Sequence record: PP355768.1
Length of the DNA: 64,000 bases
Strand: one strand, 5' to 3'
This document shows, piece by piece, positions 1 through 8,734 of this stretch. The notes under the pieces were generated by a model. It searched no databases, was not told the DNA's origin, and saw nothing but the letters and a program-made list of their open reading frames with translations. Made by a program: the position numbers and the translations under genes. Numbering within the stretch: position 1 is the stretch's first letter; every line of letters begins with the position of its first letter.

Positions 1-1060
1 GCTGTCCGCCAGGAACAATACCAACTTGCTGATTTATCCATGCTACTTGACCCTGAAGCCCTGATGAAGTATCACGTCCTACAACATCAGAAATGTACCC
101 TTGGTCAGTTGAAAGAGAACTAATTTTTCCTTCAATAGTATCAGGCTTATCAGAAGACCCCAAACGAGCATCAATATTATTGACACGAGGAACTAACCCG
201 GTTTGTGCAGAGTTAAGTGTTGCGTCAACTATACGATAATCGTTTTCTAATCTAGTAGTACGAGCTCCAATTTTTACTGGATTGGTAAAATCAATGGCTT
301 GGTTAATAGCAAAGATTTCATTATTAGCTGCGGAAATAGCATCAGCGTTATTCACAAGCCTTGCATAAATTGAAGCTGACGTAGCTCCGGATTTAGGACC
401 AACTTCTTTACGCAGGTCGTTTACTTCAATAGTCAGAGAACCTACGTCTGAATCATTGTATGCATCCTCTAGCGCCTGAATACGCTCGTCATGTTTTACT
501 ATAGCTGACGCATTGTTGATGATTCGGTATTTCATACCAGAACCCGGAGAGTCTTGCTTCGGCTGTCCGTTAATATCTTGCCCAGGATACGCACCAATTT
601 CACGTTTAACCCAAACTATATTATCACGAACTGTTCTGTAATAGTCATCTTTACTAGAATCATAAACACCTACATCCTCTTCGAGAAAATCAAGGTCAGT
701 TCGAAGTTTTTCGGTGTCTTCTTCTAATTTAAGAATTTGTCCATCATGCTTTTCAATATTCTTTTTATTGATATAAACCTGCTCAATGGCGTCAGAAGAA
801 CCTGTAATTTCTAACGATTTTTTGATTTGGTCTACATCTACTTGAATATTTTCTACAGCAGTTCCAACGTTGTTCAAATCGTTATGTACCTGAACCACAT
901 TTTTCTGAATCTGCACAGAAGCTCTATTCAGTTCTCCATCATTTCCATAGCGGGTTGAAGCCCCATTAAGAGGCTCTGTATTTTTTATCCAGTTAATTCT
1001 CTGTTGAAAATCGTCTGGAATTCCGTCTACAAACGGAAGCGAATCTACTAGTTTGGTCAT
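1..1060 (-). CDS. wac: Fibritin/whisker (Wac), runs off window start
   Basis: Manual translation MTKLVDSLPFVDGIP...NGASTRYGNDGELNRASVQIQKN; coiled-coil; follows gp12 as in T4. Confidence 0.9.
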   Translation of the reverse strand, partial: MTKLVDSLPFVDGIPDDFQQRINWIKNTEPLNGASTRYGNDGELNRASVQIQKNVVQVHNDLNNVGTAVENIQVDVDQIKKSLEITGSSDAIEQVYINKKNIEKHDGQILKLEEDTEKLRTDLDFLEEDVGVYDSSKDDYYRTVRDNIVWVKREIGAYPGQDINGQPKQDSPGSGMKYRIINNASAIVKHDERIQALEDAYNDSDVGSLTIEVNDLRKEVGPKSGATSASIYARLVNNADAISAANNEIFAINQAIDFTNPVKIGARTTRLENDYRIVDATLNSAQTGLVPRVNNIDARLGSSDKPDTIEGKISSLSTDQGYISDVVGRDTSSGLQGQVAWINQQVGIVPGGQ

Positions 1061-1068
1061 ATTATTCC

Positions 1069-1779
1069 TTACGGTCTATTTGTACAGAATGTAAGCATGC
1101 AGTCATAAAATATAATACGACTGTCTTCTGTTGGTCTTATTTGAACAGTGGCATTTGGAGGAATGTTATTGAAGAAAAAGTTGCTAGATGCGTAAGCTTC
1201 AAATCTCCATGAATGACCATTTCGTCCGCCTTTAGTATTTTCGATGTTAAGAGTAAGTTCACCTCCCCATTGGGAACCGTTAACTATTACAACAAATCTG
1301 AAAATACGATTGTCATATCCGTCGTTGTTACGCTCAAATTTTACATTAACGTTTAGAGCTAATCTACTAGAAGCTTCCCATGGTGCATTACATGTAAACG
1401 TTGCACCTCGACTAATCCAAGATTGTCCTTCAACCCAAGTAACATTACCTACTCTGGTTCCAGCTGGCATGTAACGCCCGTCAGATTCTTGTCTTGTATA
1501 ACAATTAATATCATTATTAGTAATTGTTATGTCATTATCAAGAGTTTTTCCGTTTATTCTACGGGTTTTAAAGACTGCATCTGTTGCAGCCGCTGCCAAT
1601 GAAGCATCAGTAGTTGGAGAACCTGATAATCTGGTTAATCCATATTTATCCTTGGTGGATTTTAGCGCTTGAAGACTTTTTGGAGTAACAGCCAAATTGT
1701 TAGAAGTAGCTGAAGCCACATCTGAGTCTTTAGCAAATTTTACTATACCAAATACACTGTCAGACGCTTTTGATGCCAT
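1069..1779 (-). CDS. 12: Short tail fibre gp12, C-terminal part
   Basis: AVTPK repeats, position upstream of wac; ORF start is internal. Confidence 0.85.
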   Translation of the reverse strand: MASKASDSVFGIVKFAKDSDVASATSNNLAVTPKSLQALKSTKDKYGLTRLSGSPTTDASLAAAATDAVFKTRRINGKTLDNDITITNNDINCYTRQESDGRYMPAGTRVGNVTWVEGQSWISRGATFTCNAPWEASSRLALNVNVKFERNNDGYDNRIFRFVVIVNGSQWGGELTLNIENTKGGRNGHSWRFEAYASSNFFFNNIPPNATVQIRPTEDSRIIFYDCMLTFCTNRP

Positions 1780-2050
1780 GAAACAACACGCTTAGGAGTT
1801 ACTGCGGTAGTTTCGTCAGTTCCTGCTTGTGCTTGAGCCGCAGTAGTTAACCTAACAGTTCCATCTACGTTTTCTTGTGCTTTCACAGTTTTAAACACAT
1901 GACCGAGAGCCGCCGCGGTAATAGTTCTGTTTGCTGCTGTTAATGCTGCGGCTTCGGTATTAGTTGCGTATCGTGTTAAGCCAAGAATTGCGGTAGTTGC
2001 TTCAGGCCGAGTAATTGTGGATTTTAATGTAGCAGGAGTTACCGCAGCAT
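1780..2050 (-). CDS. 12: Short tail fibre gp12, upstream fragment (out of frame with downstream part)
   Basis: Translates to ...NAAVTPATLKSTITRPEATTAILGLTRYATNTEAAALTAANRT...AQAGTDETTAVTPKRVV. Confidence 0.8.
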
Positions 2051-2054
2051 TACC

Positions 2055-3957
2055 ATGAAAGAATTTTATATTAGCGTTGAATCTCTAGGCAATGACATTG
2101 TAGAACGTTATATCGATTCTACTGGTGAGGAACGCATGCGTCGTGTTCCGTATTCTCCTGTTATGTTTAGTCATTGCATGGAAGAAACAAAGTACAAAGA
2201 CATCTATGGCAAGTATTGCAAGAAGAATACATTCCCAACTATGAAAGATGCACGCGATTGGATGCGTCGTATGGAAGATATGGGAATGGAAGCAATGGGT
2301 ATGGATGATTTCAAACTCGCGTATATCAGTGATACTTACGGTTCAGAAATCGTCTATAATAAAAAATTCATCCGAATCGCAAACTGTGACATTGAGGTTA
2401 CTGCATCTCAATTCCCAGACCCGATGAAAGCAGAATATGAAATTGATGCTATCACTCATTACGATTCGGTTGATGATAAGTTCTACGTATTTGATTTACT
2501 GCATTCTCTTTATGGTTCTGTTTCCGAGTGGGACAAGAAACTTGCTGCTCGTGGATTTATTGACCTGGCTATCTCGATGTCTTATTATGCGAAGATGCCA
2601 TACCAAGGTGTAATGAGTCCAATTAAAACATGGGACGCAATCATCTTTAACAGTCTGAAAGAACAAGACAAAGTTATTCCGCAAAGTCGTTCTCATGTTA
2701 AACAGTCATATCCTGGTGCGTATGTTAAGGAACCAGTTCCTGCTGCATATCGTTATATCATGTCGTTTGACTTGACATCTCTGTATCCGTCAATCATCCG
2801 ACAGGTTAATATTTCACCAGAAACCATCGTTGGACAGTTTAAACTTCATCCGTTGGGTGAGTACATTAACAAGACTGCGCCGCGTCCGTCTGACGAATAT
2901 TCATGTTCACCCAATGGTTGGATGTATCGTAAAGATGTAGATGGTGTCATTCCAGTTGAAATCGCGAAGGTATTTTACCAGCGTAAAGAGTGGAAAAATA
3001 AAATGATGGGTGCCAAACGAAATCAAGAACTGATTAAAAAGGTTCTGAATGATAAGAAGTTTGGAACTATCGATAAATTCGCAGAAGTTAATGTCTATGA
3101 AGATTTCTCTGATGATATGAAAGCAGAACTGCTGACATATACCGAAGAGTGTCTTGACAAACTGATGTTTGAATGTAAACACGCTGAAATCTTGGGTAAC
3201 ACTAACCAGTTAAACCGTAAGATTCTGATCAACTCCCTTTATGGTGCATTGGGTAACATTTACTTCCGTTATTATGATTTGCGTAACGCATCAGCAATCA
3301 CCTTGTTTGGTCAAATGGCAATCCAATGGATTGAACGTAAAGTTAATGAATACCTCAACAAGGTATGCGGTACTGAAGGACATTCGTTTGTAGTAGCCGG
3401 TGATACTGACTCAATTTACGTTTGTGTTGATAAGGTTATTGAGAAAGTAGGTCTTGAGCGTTTCAAAGAAACTAACGATTTGGTCGAATTCCTGAACCAA
3501 TTTGGCAAGAAGAAAATGGAACCTTGGATTGACCAATCATATCGTGAGATGTGTGAATACATGAACAATAAAGAACATTTAATGTTCATGGACCGTGAAG
3601 CTATTTCTTGTCCTCCGTTGGGGTCAAACGGCATTGGCGGATTCTGGAAAGCGAAGAAACGATATGCTCTGAACGTGTATGATATGGAAGGTACTCGATA
3701 TGCAGAACCGCATCTGAAAATCATGGGTATGGAAACTCAGCAAAGTTCTACACCAACTGCTGTTCAGAATGCGTTGGAAGAATCTATTCGGCGTATGCTG
3801 CAGGAAGGTGAAGAATCTTTACAGCAATATTATAAGCAGTTTGAGTCTGAGTATCGTGAGCTTGACTATAAAGTAATCGCAGAGGTTAAGACCGCCAACA
3901 ACATCGGCAAGTATGATGATGGCGCAGGATATCCAGATAAAGGTACTCCATATCACA
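2055..3957 (+). CDS. 43: DNA polymerase gp43, internally deleted and 3'-truncated
   Basis: Family B motifs DIEVT, SFDLTSLYPSII, KILINSLYG, GDTDS; jump KLAARG|FIDL; ends GTPYH. Confidence 0.95.
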
Positions 3958-3960
3958 GGG

Positions 3961-4374
3961 TTAGACTATGAAGAGAAATCGTCTCTTCTTGACATGTTCG
4001 ATTTTTATTGAATTTTGTGATTCAATAGTATGTTCATATTCGTATTGGAGCACGGAATTCTTTAACGGCGCTATGCTAAGTAATTCTGCATTTAATCTTT
4101 TACGCAATTCTAAAATTTTATAAGCAATATTTGACGCATCAATGCTTAAAGATTTACCTTCAGTTTTAACAATCCTTCGTGCTTCAGTTAAAGCGTCTAG
4201 AGACGTATTTCCGTATTTCTCATACATACGTATAACTGATTTTGCAGTATTAACAATATCTTCATATGAAGATATTTCCTTTCTTAGCTTATTATTCAAT
4301 TCTTCTGCTGCATAGAGCTTTGACATGAGTATAAGCTTTTCCAATTCATGCGATGTTTCCATTATGAACTCCAT
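3961..4374 (-). CDS. Hypothetical protein (137 aa), last gene of methyltransferase operon
   Basis: ORF overlaps upstream ORF by 13 nt; no recognised motif. Confidence 0.7.
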   Translation of the reverse strand: MEFIMETSHELEKLILMSKLYAAEELNNKLRKEISSYEDIVNTAKSVIRMYEKYGNTSLDALTEARRIVKTEGKSLSIDASNIAYKILELRKRLNAELLSIAPLKNSVLQYEYEHTIESQNSIKIEHVKKRRFLFIV

Positions 4375-4724
4375 CCTGTAAATTTTTCACTATTAGAATC
4401 CCAGTGTACACTAACATCAGGAGACATATAACAACTAAAATCTCCATTATATCCGGCTAATTCAAGCGTATATCTGACAAAATATTCTAAAAGCTCTTCT
4501 GACCAATTATCGGAATACACTATAAAATGTTGAAACAGCTCATCATATTCATCAAATATGAATACACGCTGAAGCTGCTCTGCTTCAGAAACGTATAATC
4601 CAGATGCGTATTCAGTATGCATCACTAGATTATCGTCATCCTTATAGAGGAGTTTTAGCCCAAGCTCTTTTGGGCTAGTTTCATCAACTACTTCATCGTT
4701 TAAATTTAATAAAATTTTTATCAT
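4362..4724 (-). CDS. Hypothetical acidic protein (120 aa)
   Basis: ORF tightly packed behind MTase subunit (3-nt gap). Confidence 0.7.
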   Translation of the reverse strand: MIKILLNLNDEVVDETSPKELGLKLLYKDDDNLVMHTEYASGLYVSEAEQLQRVFIFDEYDELFQHFIVYSDNWSEELLEYFVRYTLELAGYNGDFSCYMSPDVSVHWDSNSEKFTGWSS

Positions 4725-4727
4725 ACT

Positions 4728-5204
4728 TTACTCGAAAAAGAAATCTAAATTTCCAGATTCGTTCATAGGTTTAACATAATCTGGCATCCACTCAGGGTAT
4801 TTTCTACCTTCTGACGTGTCTGTCTGATCAATAGTATTTGCAAACGCAAAATTATTCATAACTATGTTTCTATGCTCTGGAGTATCTCCAATAATGTTTA
4901 AAACTCGATTGCATAAAAAATCATAGTTATCTTTCATGTATTCTATTGCGAATATATCCTTTATAGCTTCAGTTGGTGTACAGTACTTAAGCTTTTGTCT
5001 TAATACGGCTTCAACTAAATTTCCATCTCCGGCAGAAGGTTCCAGGAAAGTTTTTCCTGGATAAAAATCTTCTTCTTTAAGCATGGATATCATTAAATCG
5101 CAGCAATACTTATTTGTAAAAATCTCATCAGTTTCAAGTTGTCGTTCTCTTGATATTTGTTCAGACTCTCGGTGATTATCTAATTTCATCAATAGAAACC
5201 CCAT
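4728..5204 (-). CDS. DNA methyltransferase SAM-binding subunit (motifs X/I); start probably 5189
   Basis: TDEIFT (motif X-like) and FLEPSAGDGNLV (motif I), acidic motif II FAIEYM; no NPPY motif. Confidence 0.8.
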   Translation of the reverse strand: MGFLLMKLDNHRESEQISRERQLETDEIFTNKYCCDLMISMLKEEDFYPGKTFLEPSAGDGNLVEAVLRQKLKYCTPTEAIKDIFAIEYMKDNYDFLCNRVLNIIGDTPEHRNIVMNNFAFANTIDQTDTSEGRKYPEWMPDYVKPMNESGNLDFFFE

Positions 5205-6386
5205 TTACTACGTTTTCTGCATATTCCCACTCTTCATCCGAAATGTTAAAATGTTCTTGTACCATTTCTCGAGTCCATTCTTTAGTAAAGTCTACGACAG
5301 GAGCATGCTTAATCATTCTTTTACCTGCACCACCACCTAAACCAGCGTTATAAGTACATACTAATTTTATAACAGGAAGTGAATAAAATTTTATAGCGTT
5401 TTCTGCTTCTTCGGATGAATTGAAAAATACCGTGCATTCATTTTTTGGATTTCCGACATTTATAGCAGTATTTCCGTTTACCATTCCTTTATAATAATCT
5501 GGACCCATTAAAATTTTACCGTTCGTATTTACTGATAGTTTTCTATTAAATACGATATAATTATTACTATTTTTTGTAGTTTCTAAGCGAGCATCAGTTT
5601 TGACTTTGTTTGCTATGTTTTTCGCAATAGTGTTATTCAATACTATTGATACAAAATCATCATTGTTATATGTATATTTAGCTCCAGTTTTACCATTTTC
5701 TAAAACAAACGACGGAGTTTCATTTTTTGTAAACTTAGAAATAGCAAGTTGAGTCATCATACCTGCATTAAAATACTTATCTCCGTTATTGTCATCAATA
5801 ATTGCGCGTTCTAATCTTGGTTTAAATTCTGGTTTATGCGCATTAATTCCGGCTGAATGCAGATATGATGCTGGCGTAATACATACAACATTATTAGATA
5901 CTTCCAATGCTTTCTTTATAAATTTACTATCATGCTTAAATGGAGGATTCATGATAATTGTATTAAATTTTCTCATTTTAGTTTCCAAAAAATTAAAACG
6001 AATAAAACACCCAAAATGCTCACTTATGTATTCGCACTTTTCTTTAACTTGGCTTATAAAGAAAATTGAAGTTACGTCTACACCGATTAGGTCAAGTAAT
6101 CTAATCACTTCTATTGATTCTATCACACATAAGTTATAAGCATCACACAATAGTCCATGCTTATGTATTGCTAAAATTTCGCTTTCTTCTATCAATCTTT
6201 TAGCTCCAGCGAATGTAAGCATATTGGATGTTTCGTCCGAAGCTTTTTTAGAATCACCAAAAAGACCAGTCTGAGTTCTAATATATGCATTATAATGATG
6301 TTCTGTGGCAGCTTCGTCCAAAGAAAACTTTACATTACAACGTTTCTTTTCAGATAATCCTTTACATTACAACGTTTCTTTTTCAT
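5176..6386 (-). CDS. N6-adenine DNA methyltransferase catalytic/TRD subunit (Eco57I-like); 5' end frameshifted by 32-nt duplication
   Basis: IIMNPPF motif IV, VVCITP strand, C-terminal DFTKEWT..F.IS.EE signature; ATG 6386 with SD is in frame only if the duplication is removed. Confidence 0.8.
6328..6382. repeat. 23-bp perfect direct repeat, period 32
   Basis: CTTTACATTACAACGTTTCTTTT at 6328-6350 and 6360-6382. Confidence 0.95.
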
Positions 6387-6427
6387 GCTATTCTCCTCAG
6401 TAGTTTACAGGAGCTATAGTAACACAT
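6387..6427 (-). promoter_or_regulatory. T4-type early promoter -10 and leader
   Basis: TGTGTTACTAT extended -10 then ACTACTGAGGAGAA leader/SD, same leader as at 17040 and 32445; -35 lost at junction. Confidence 0.7.
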
Positions 6428-6533
6428 TTTGGCATTATAGGTGCAGCCTTTATGTCTCTTCCTGAAACAGTATCAGTGTTAAGTGTTGCATTTCTAATGG
6501 GTATCATTTCTTTCATAATGGATAAAATAGCGC

Positions 6534-6713
6534 ATGAAAAAGATTAAGCAGTGGTTCATCAAAAACTATGATTTAAACCGTGAAGAAGTAACTAAGTATG
6601 ATTATGTTACTTTGGGTGTAGGACTAGGTGCACTACTGGCAGCATTGCATTCATCACTACTTGCTATTGCAGTGCTTCTTATTTTGGCTCACTACAGCTG
6701 GAAACGTAAGTAA
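6534..6713 (+). CDS. Small membrane protein upstream of tRNA cluster
   Basis: MKKIKQWFIKNYDL...hydrophobic C-half, manual translation. Confidence 0.6.
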   Translation: MKKIKQWFIKNYDLNREEVTKYDYVTLGVGLGALLAALHSSLLAIAVLLILAHYSWKRK

Positions 6714-6898
6714 TGTATGCACTTTTAACTTGGTCTAATTATTATCCTGCTCCTGGCTCTGACCAAATCAGAGGTGTCTACTCTACGGTAGAAGAATGCT
6801 ATGAAGCCCTCCAGGGAACGTATCAGGACTATTTTGAGATACTGAATTCCCGATTTGAAACCGTTGCTAAAGGTTCAACTGAAGCATACAAAGATTAA
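6713..6898 (+). CDS. Hypothetical protein (61 aa)
   Basis: ORF track; coupled start/stop. Confidence 0.65.
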   Translation: MYALLTWSNYYPAPGSDQIRGVYSTVEECYEALQGTYQDYFEILNSRFETVAKGSTEAYKD

Positions 6899-7265
6899 TT
6901 GTGAGGAAATTGTGATGAATATCAGAGCTGCATTTAATACTTTCTATCAAGAGAATTATAAGCTTCTTGCACATGAATATCATGATGCACAAGGCGTTCC
7001 AATTCCTAATGATTTAGTTACGCCTAAGCATGTCAAAACTGATTCTCTTGACAATGAAATCCAGCCTGGTGATTTAGTATCATACTACTGTGGCGGGTCA
7101 CTTTCTGCAGCAAGCGTTGGTATTTTGCTAGGATTTACACCTAAAGGTTATCGTGTGGTTCCGTTCCATACAAGTCCAATTCCTGAGCACCGGGTATTGC
7201 TCTCTCATATGGATTCACCACATAGGGTATTCCTGGTTAAATCAAAGAGCTCACCGATTGTGTAA
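6855..7265 (+). CDS. Hypothetical protein (tRNA-region, T4 trna.x-like)
   Basis: DSLDNEIQPGDLVSYY motif typical of T-even tRNA-region proteins. Confidence 0.65.
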   Translation: MKPLLKVQLKHTKINCEEIVMNIRAAFNTFYQENYKLLAHEYHDAQGVPIPNDLVTPKHVKTDSLDNEIQPGDLVSYYCGGSLSAASVGILLGFTPKGYRVVPFHTSPIPEHRVLLSHMDSPHRVFLVKSKSSPIV

Positions 7266-7292
7266 TATGCTTTAGGTTTTCTTTGTTATTAT
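7265..7292 (+). promoter_or_regulatory. T4 middle promoter (MotA box + -10) for tRNA cluster
   Basis: ATATGCTTTA, 12-nt spacer, TATTAT. Confidence 0.75.
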
Positions 7293-7327
7293 TAATCTAT
7301 CAACTGCTCTGATTAATTTTAGGGCAG

Positions 7328-7335
7328 TATAAATA
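7328..7335 (+). promoter_or_regulatory. T4 late promoter
   Basis: TATAAATA 13 nt upstream of first tRNA. Confidence 0.75.
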
Positions 7336-7347
7336 AAATTACCCAAT

Positions 7348-7434
7348 GGGGAGTTAGACCGTAGGGGTAGCGGGACAGACTGTAAATCTGTTGCTCAAAA
7401 GGCTCGAGTGGTTCGACTCCATTACTCCCCACCA
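7348..7434 (+). tRNA. tRNA-Tyr(GTA)
   Basis: Cloverleaf, loop CTGTAAA, long variable arm, CCA. Confidence 0.95.
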
Positions 7435-7440
7435 AATTTA

Positions 7441-7517
7441 GGGATACTAGCTCAGTTGGTTAGAGCACCGGACTTTTAATCCGGGTGTCCGAAGTTCGAG
7501 TCTTCGGTGTCCCACCA
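7441..7517 (+). tRNA. tRNA-Lys(TTT)
   Basis: Cloverleaf, loop CTTTTAA, CCA. Confidence 0.95.
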
Positions 7518-7522
7518 AATTC

Positions 7523-7607
7523 GGGTCGTTGGCTGAGAGGGTAAGCGACGGACTGTTAATCCGTGTCAGAAATGACTAGGCAGGTTCGATACCTGCACGG
7601 CCCGCCA
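7523..7607 (+). tRNA. tRNA-Asn(GTT) with long variable arm
   Basis: Loop CTGTTAA; GTCA-GAAA-TGAC variable hairpin; CCA. Confidence 0.9.
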
Positions 7608-7714
7608 AATGAAGAAGTCAGAAGACGTTCTGATAAATCGTCGGCATAGAATTCCCTGTGTACGAGTTCCCTCAACGATAACCACGTGCTTATAATTTCT
7701 TACGGCGTTGAAAG

Positions 7715-7833
7715 TTCGCTTTCAGGGATACATCTTAGAACAGAGTGCTAAACAAGATTCATCTGGTACCAAGGTGATGAGAGTCCTGTTCCCCTTTGCT
7801 TCGGCATCGTGCCAGAGTATCTCTGAAAGCGAA
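7715..7833 (+). ncRNA. Stable RNA, T4 RnaD (species 2)-like
   Basis: 17-bp terminal stem TTCGCTTTCAGGGATAC/GTATCTCTGAAAGCGAA; position between tRNAs; recalled similarity to T4 rnaD. Confidence 0.65.
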
Positions 7834-7837
7834 TTAT

Positions 7838-7914
7838 GGACCTATAGTTTAGTTGGATAAAATACTCCCCTGTCACGGGAGAGAGCGCGAGTTCGATCCT
7901 CGCTAGGTCCGCCA
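7838..7914 (+). tRNA. tRNA-Asp(GTC)
   Basis: Cloverleaf, loop CTGTCAC, CCA. Confidence 0.93.
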
Positions 7915-7929
7915 AATAAGAACGTGGCA

Positions 7930-8066
7930 GTTCTTGAAGATGAGTTTGAGTCCTGTAAGATAATGCCGAGGACGAAGCGGTTTGTTCCCACGGAATAAGC
8001 TCTATATTCGTAAGATTATATCTTTAGCGTGTTCTACATCAAGCTACTTGTTAGTACTTCAAGAAC
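7930..8066 (+). ncRNA. Stable RNA, T4 RnaC (species 1)-like
   Basis: Perfect 10-bp closing stem GTTCTTGAAG/CTTCAAGAAC; internal GAGTCCTGT..ATAATGCCG..CCACGGAA recalled from T4 rnaC. Confidence 0.65.
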
Positions 8067-8075
8067 CCGGATAAA

Positions 8076-8152
8076 TGCGGAGTAACTTCAGTTGGTAGAA
8101 TGTTGGGCTCATATCCCGACACGCGCAGGTTCGAATCCTGCCTCCGCCTCCA
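8076..8152 (+). tRNA. Initiator-type tRNA-Met(CAT)
   Basis: 1:72 mismatch, GGG/CCC in anticodon stem, CCA. Confidence 0.9.
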
Positions 8153-8157
8153 ACAAT

Positions 8158-8232
8158 TGGACTATAGACAAGCGGTTAAGTCACCGGCCTTTGACTCCGG
8201 TATCTCTGGTTCGAATCCAGATAGTCCAGCCA
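8158..8232 (+). tRNA. tRNA-Gln(TTG)
   Basis: Cloverleaf, loop CTTTGAC, CCA. Confidence 0.93.
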
Positions 8233-8234
8233 AA

Positions 8235-8327
8235 TTAATATTCATTCAACGCGTCTACAGGGGTTGAACTGATCATTCTTCTCTTAATTTCGTATGAAGT
8301 CCTCATGATGGATGGAGTGAATATTGA
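8235..8327 (+). ncRNA. Putative structured RNA between tRNA-Gln and tRNA-His
   Basis: 13-bp terminal stem TTAATATTCATTC/GAGTGAATATTGA spanning the whole spacer. Confidence 0.45.
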
Positions 8328-8328
8328 T

Positions 8329-8404
8329 GTGGCCGTAGTTCAGTTGGTAGAACTCGAGATTGTGATTCTCGTAGTCGCGGATTCAAATTCCGCCGGTCAC
8401 CCCA
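8329..8404 (+). tRNA. tRNA-His(GTG)
   Basis: Cloverleaf, loop TTGTGAT, C73, CCA; no encoded G-1. Confidence 0.9.
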
Positions 8405-8409
8405 ACAAT

Positions 8410-8495
8410 GAAGGAATGGTGGAAAAATACACGGCCCGCAAAACGCTGTGGCTGTCGCTAAGCGAATTGTGTCTATAATGGCACTTCCTTCACCA
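8410..8495 (+). pseudogene. Degenerate class II (Ser-type) tRNA-like element
   Basis: GAAGGAA/TTCCTTC-ACCA acceptor, variable hairpin TCGC-TAA-GCGA, aberrant T loop TATAAT and anticodon arm. Confidence 0.65.
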
Positions 8496-8501
8496 AATAT
8501 T

Positions 8502-8586
8502 GGAGAGTAGCGCTAGTGGTAGCAAACCGGACTTGAAATCCGGGCCATCGGAAACGGTGAGGGTTCAACTCCTTTACTCTCCGCCA
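8502..8586 (+). tRNA. tRNA-Ser(TGA)
   Basis: Loop CTTGAAA, long variable arm, GCCA. Confidence 0.93.
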
Positions 8587-8652
8587 AATTTATGAAAGTT
8601 AAACGCTGCCCATAGCAGTGGTACATCAACAATTAGATGATTAGCTTTCCAT

Positions 8653-8728
8653 GGGAGTATAGCTCATTTGGTAGAGCTCTCGACCGATAATCGAGCGGTG
8701 ACTGGTTCGAGTCCAGTTACTCCCACCA
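8653..8728 (+). tRNA. tRNA-Ile(GAT)
   Basis: Loop CCGATAA, CCA. Confidence 0.92.
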
Positions 8729-8734
8729 AATAAC

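Noticed and set aside
2055-3971. Intein or group I intron in the DNA polymerase
   Set aside because: The gene is shorter, not longer, than homologs; no intein or intron motifs seen
7610-7695. 28-codon ORF MKKSEDVLINRRH... in the tRNA array
   Set aside because: No SD, too short, and lies in a processed RNA region
7939-7980. Hammerhead ribozyme (GTCCT...AGGACGAA)
   Set aside because: Stem II and GAA are present but the CUGANGA core is absent (AGTTTGA) and no stem I/III is evident; better explained as RnaC-like RNA
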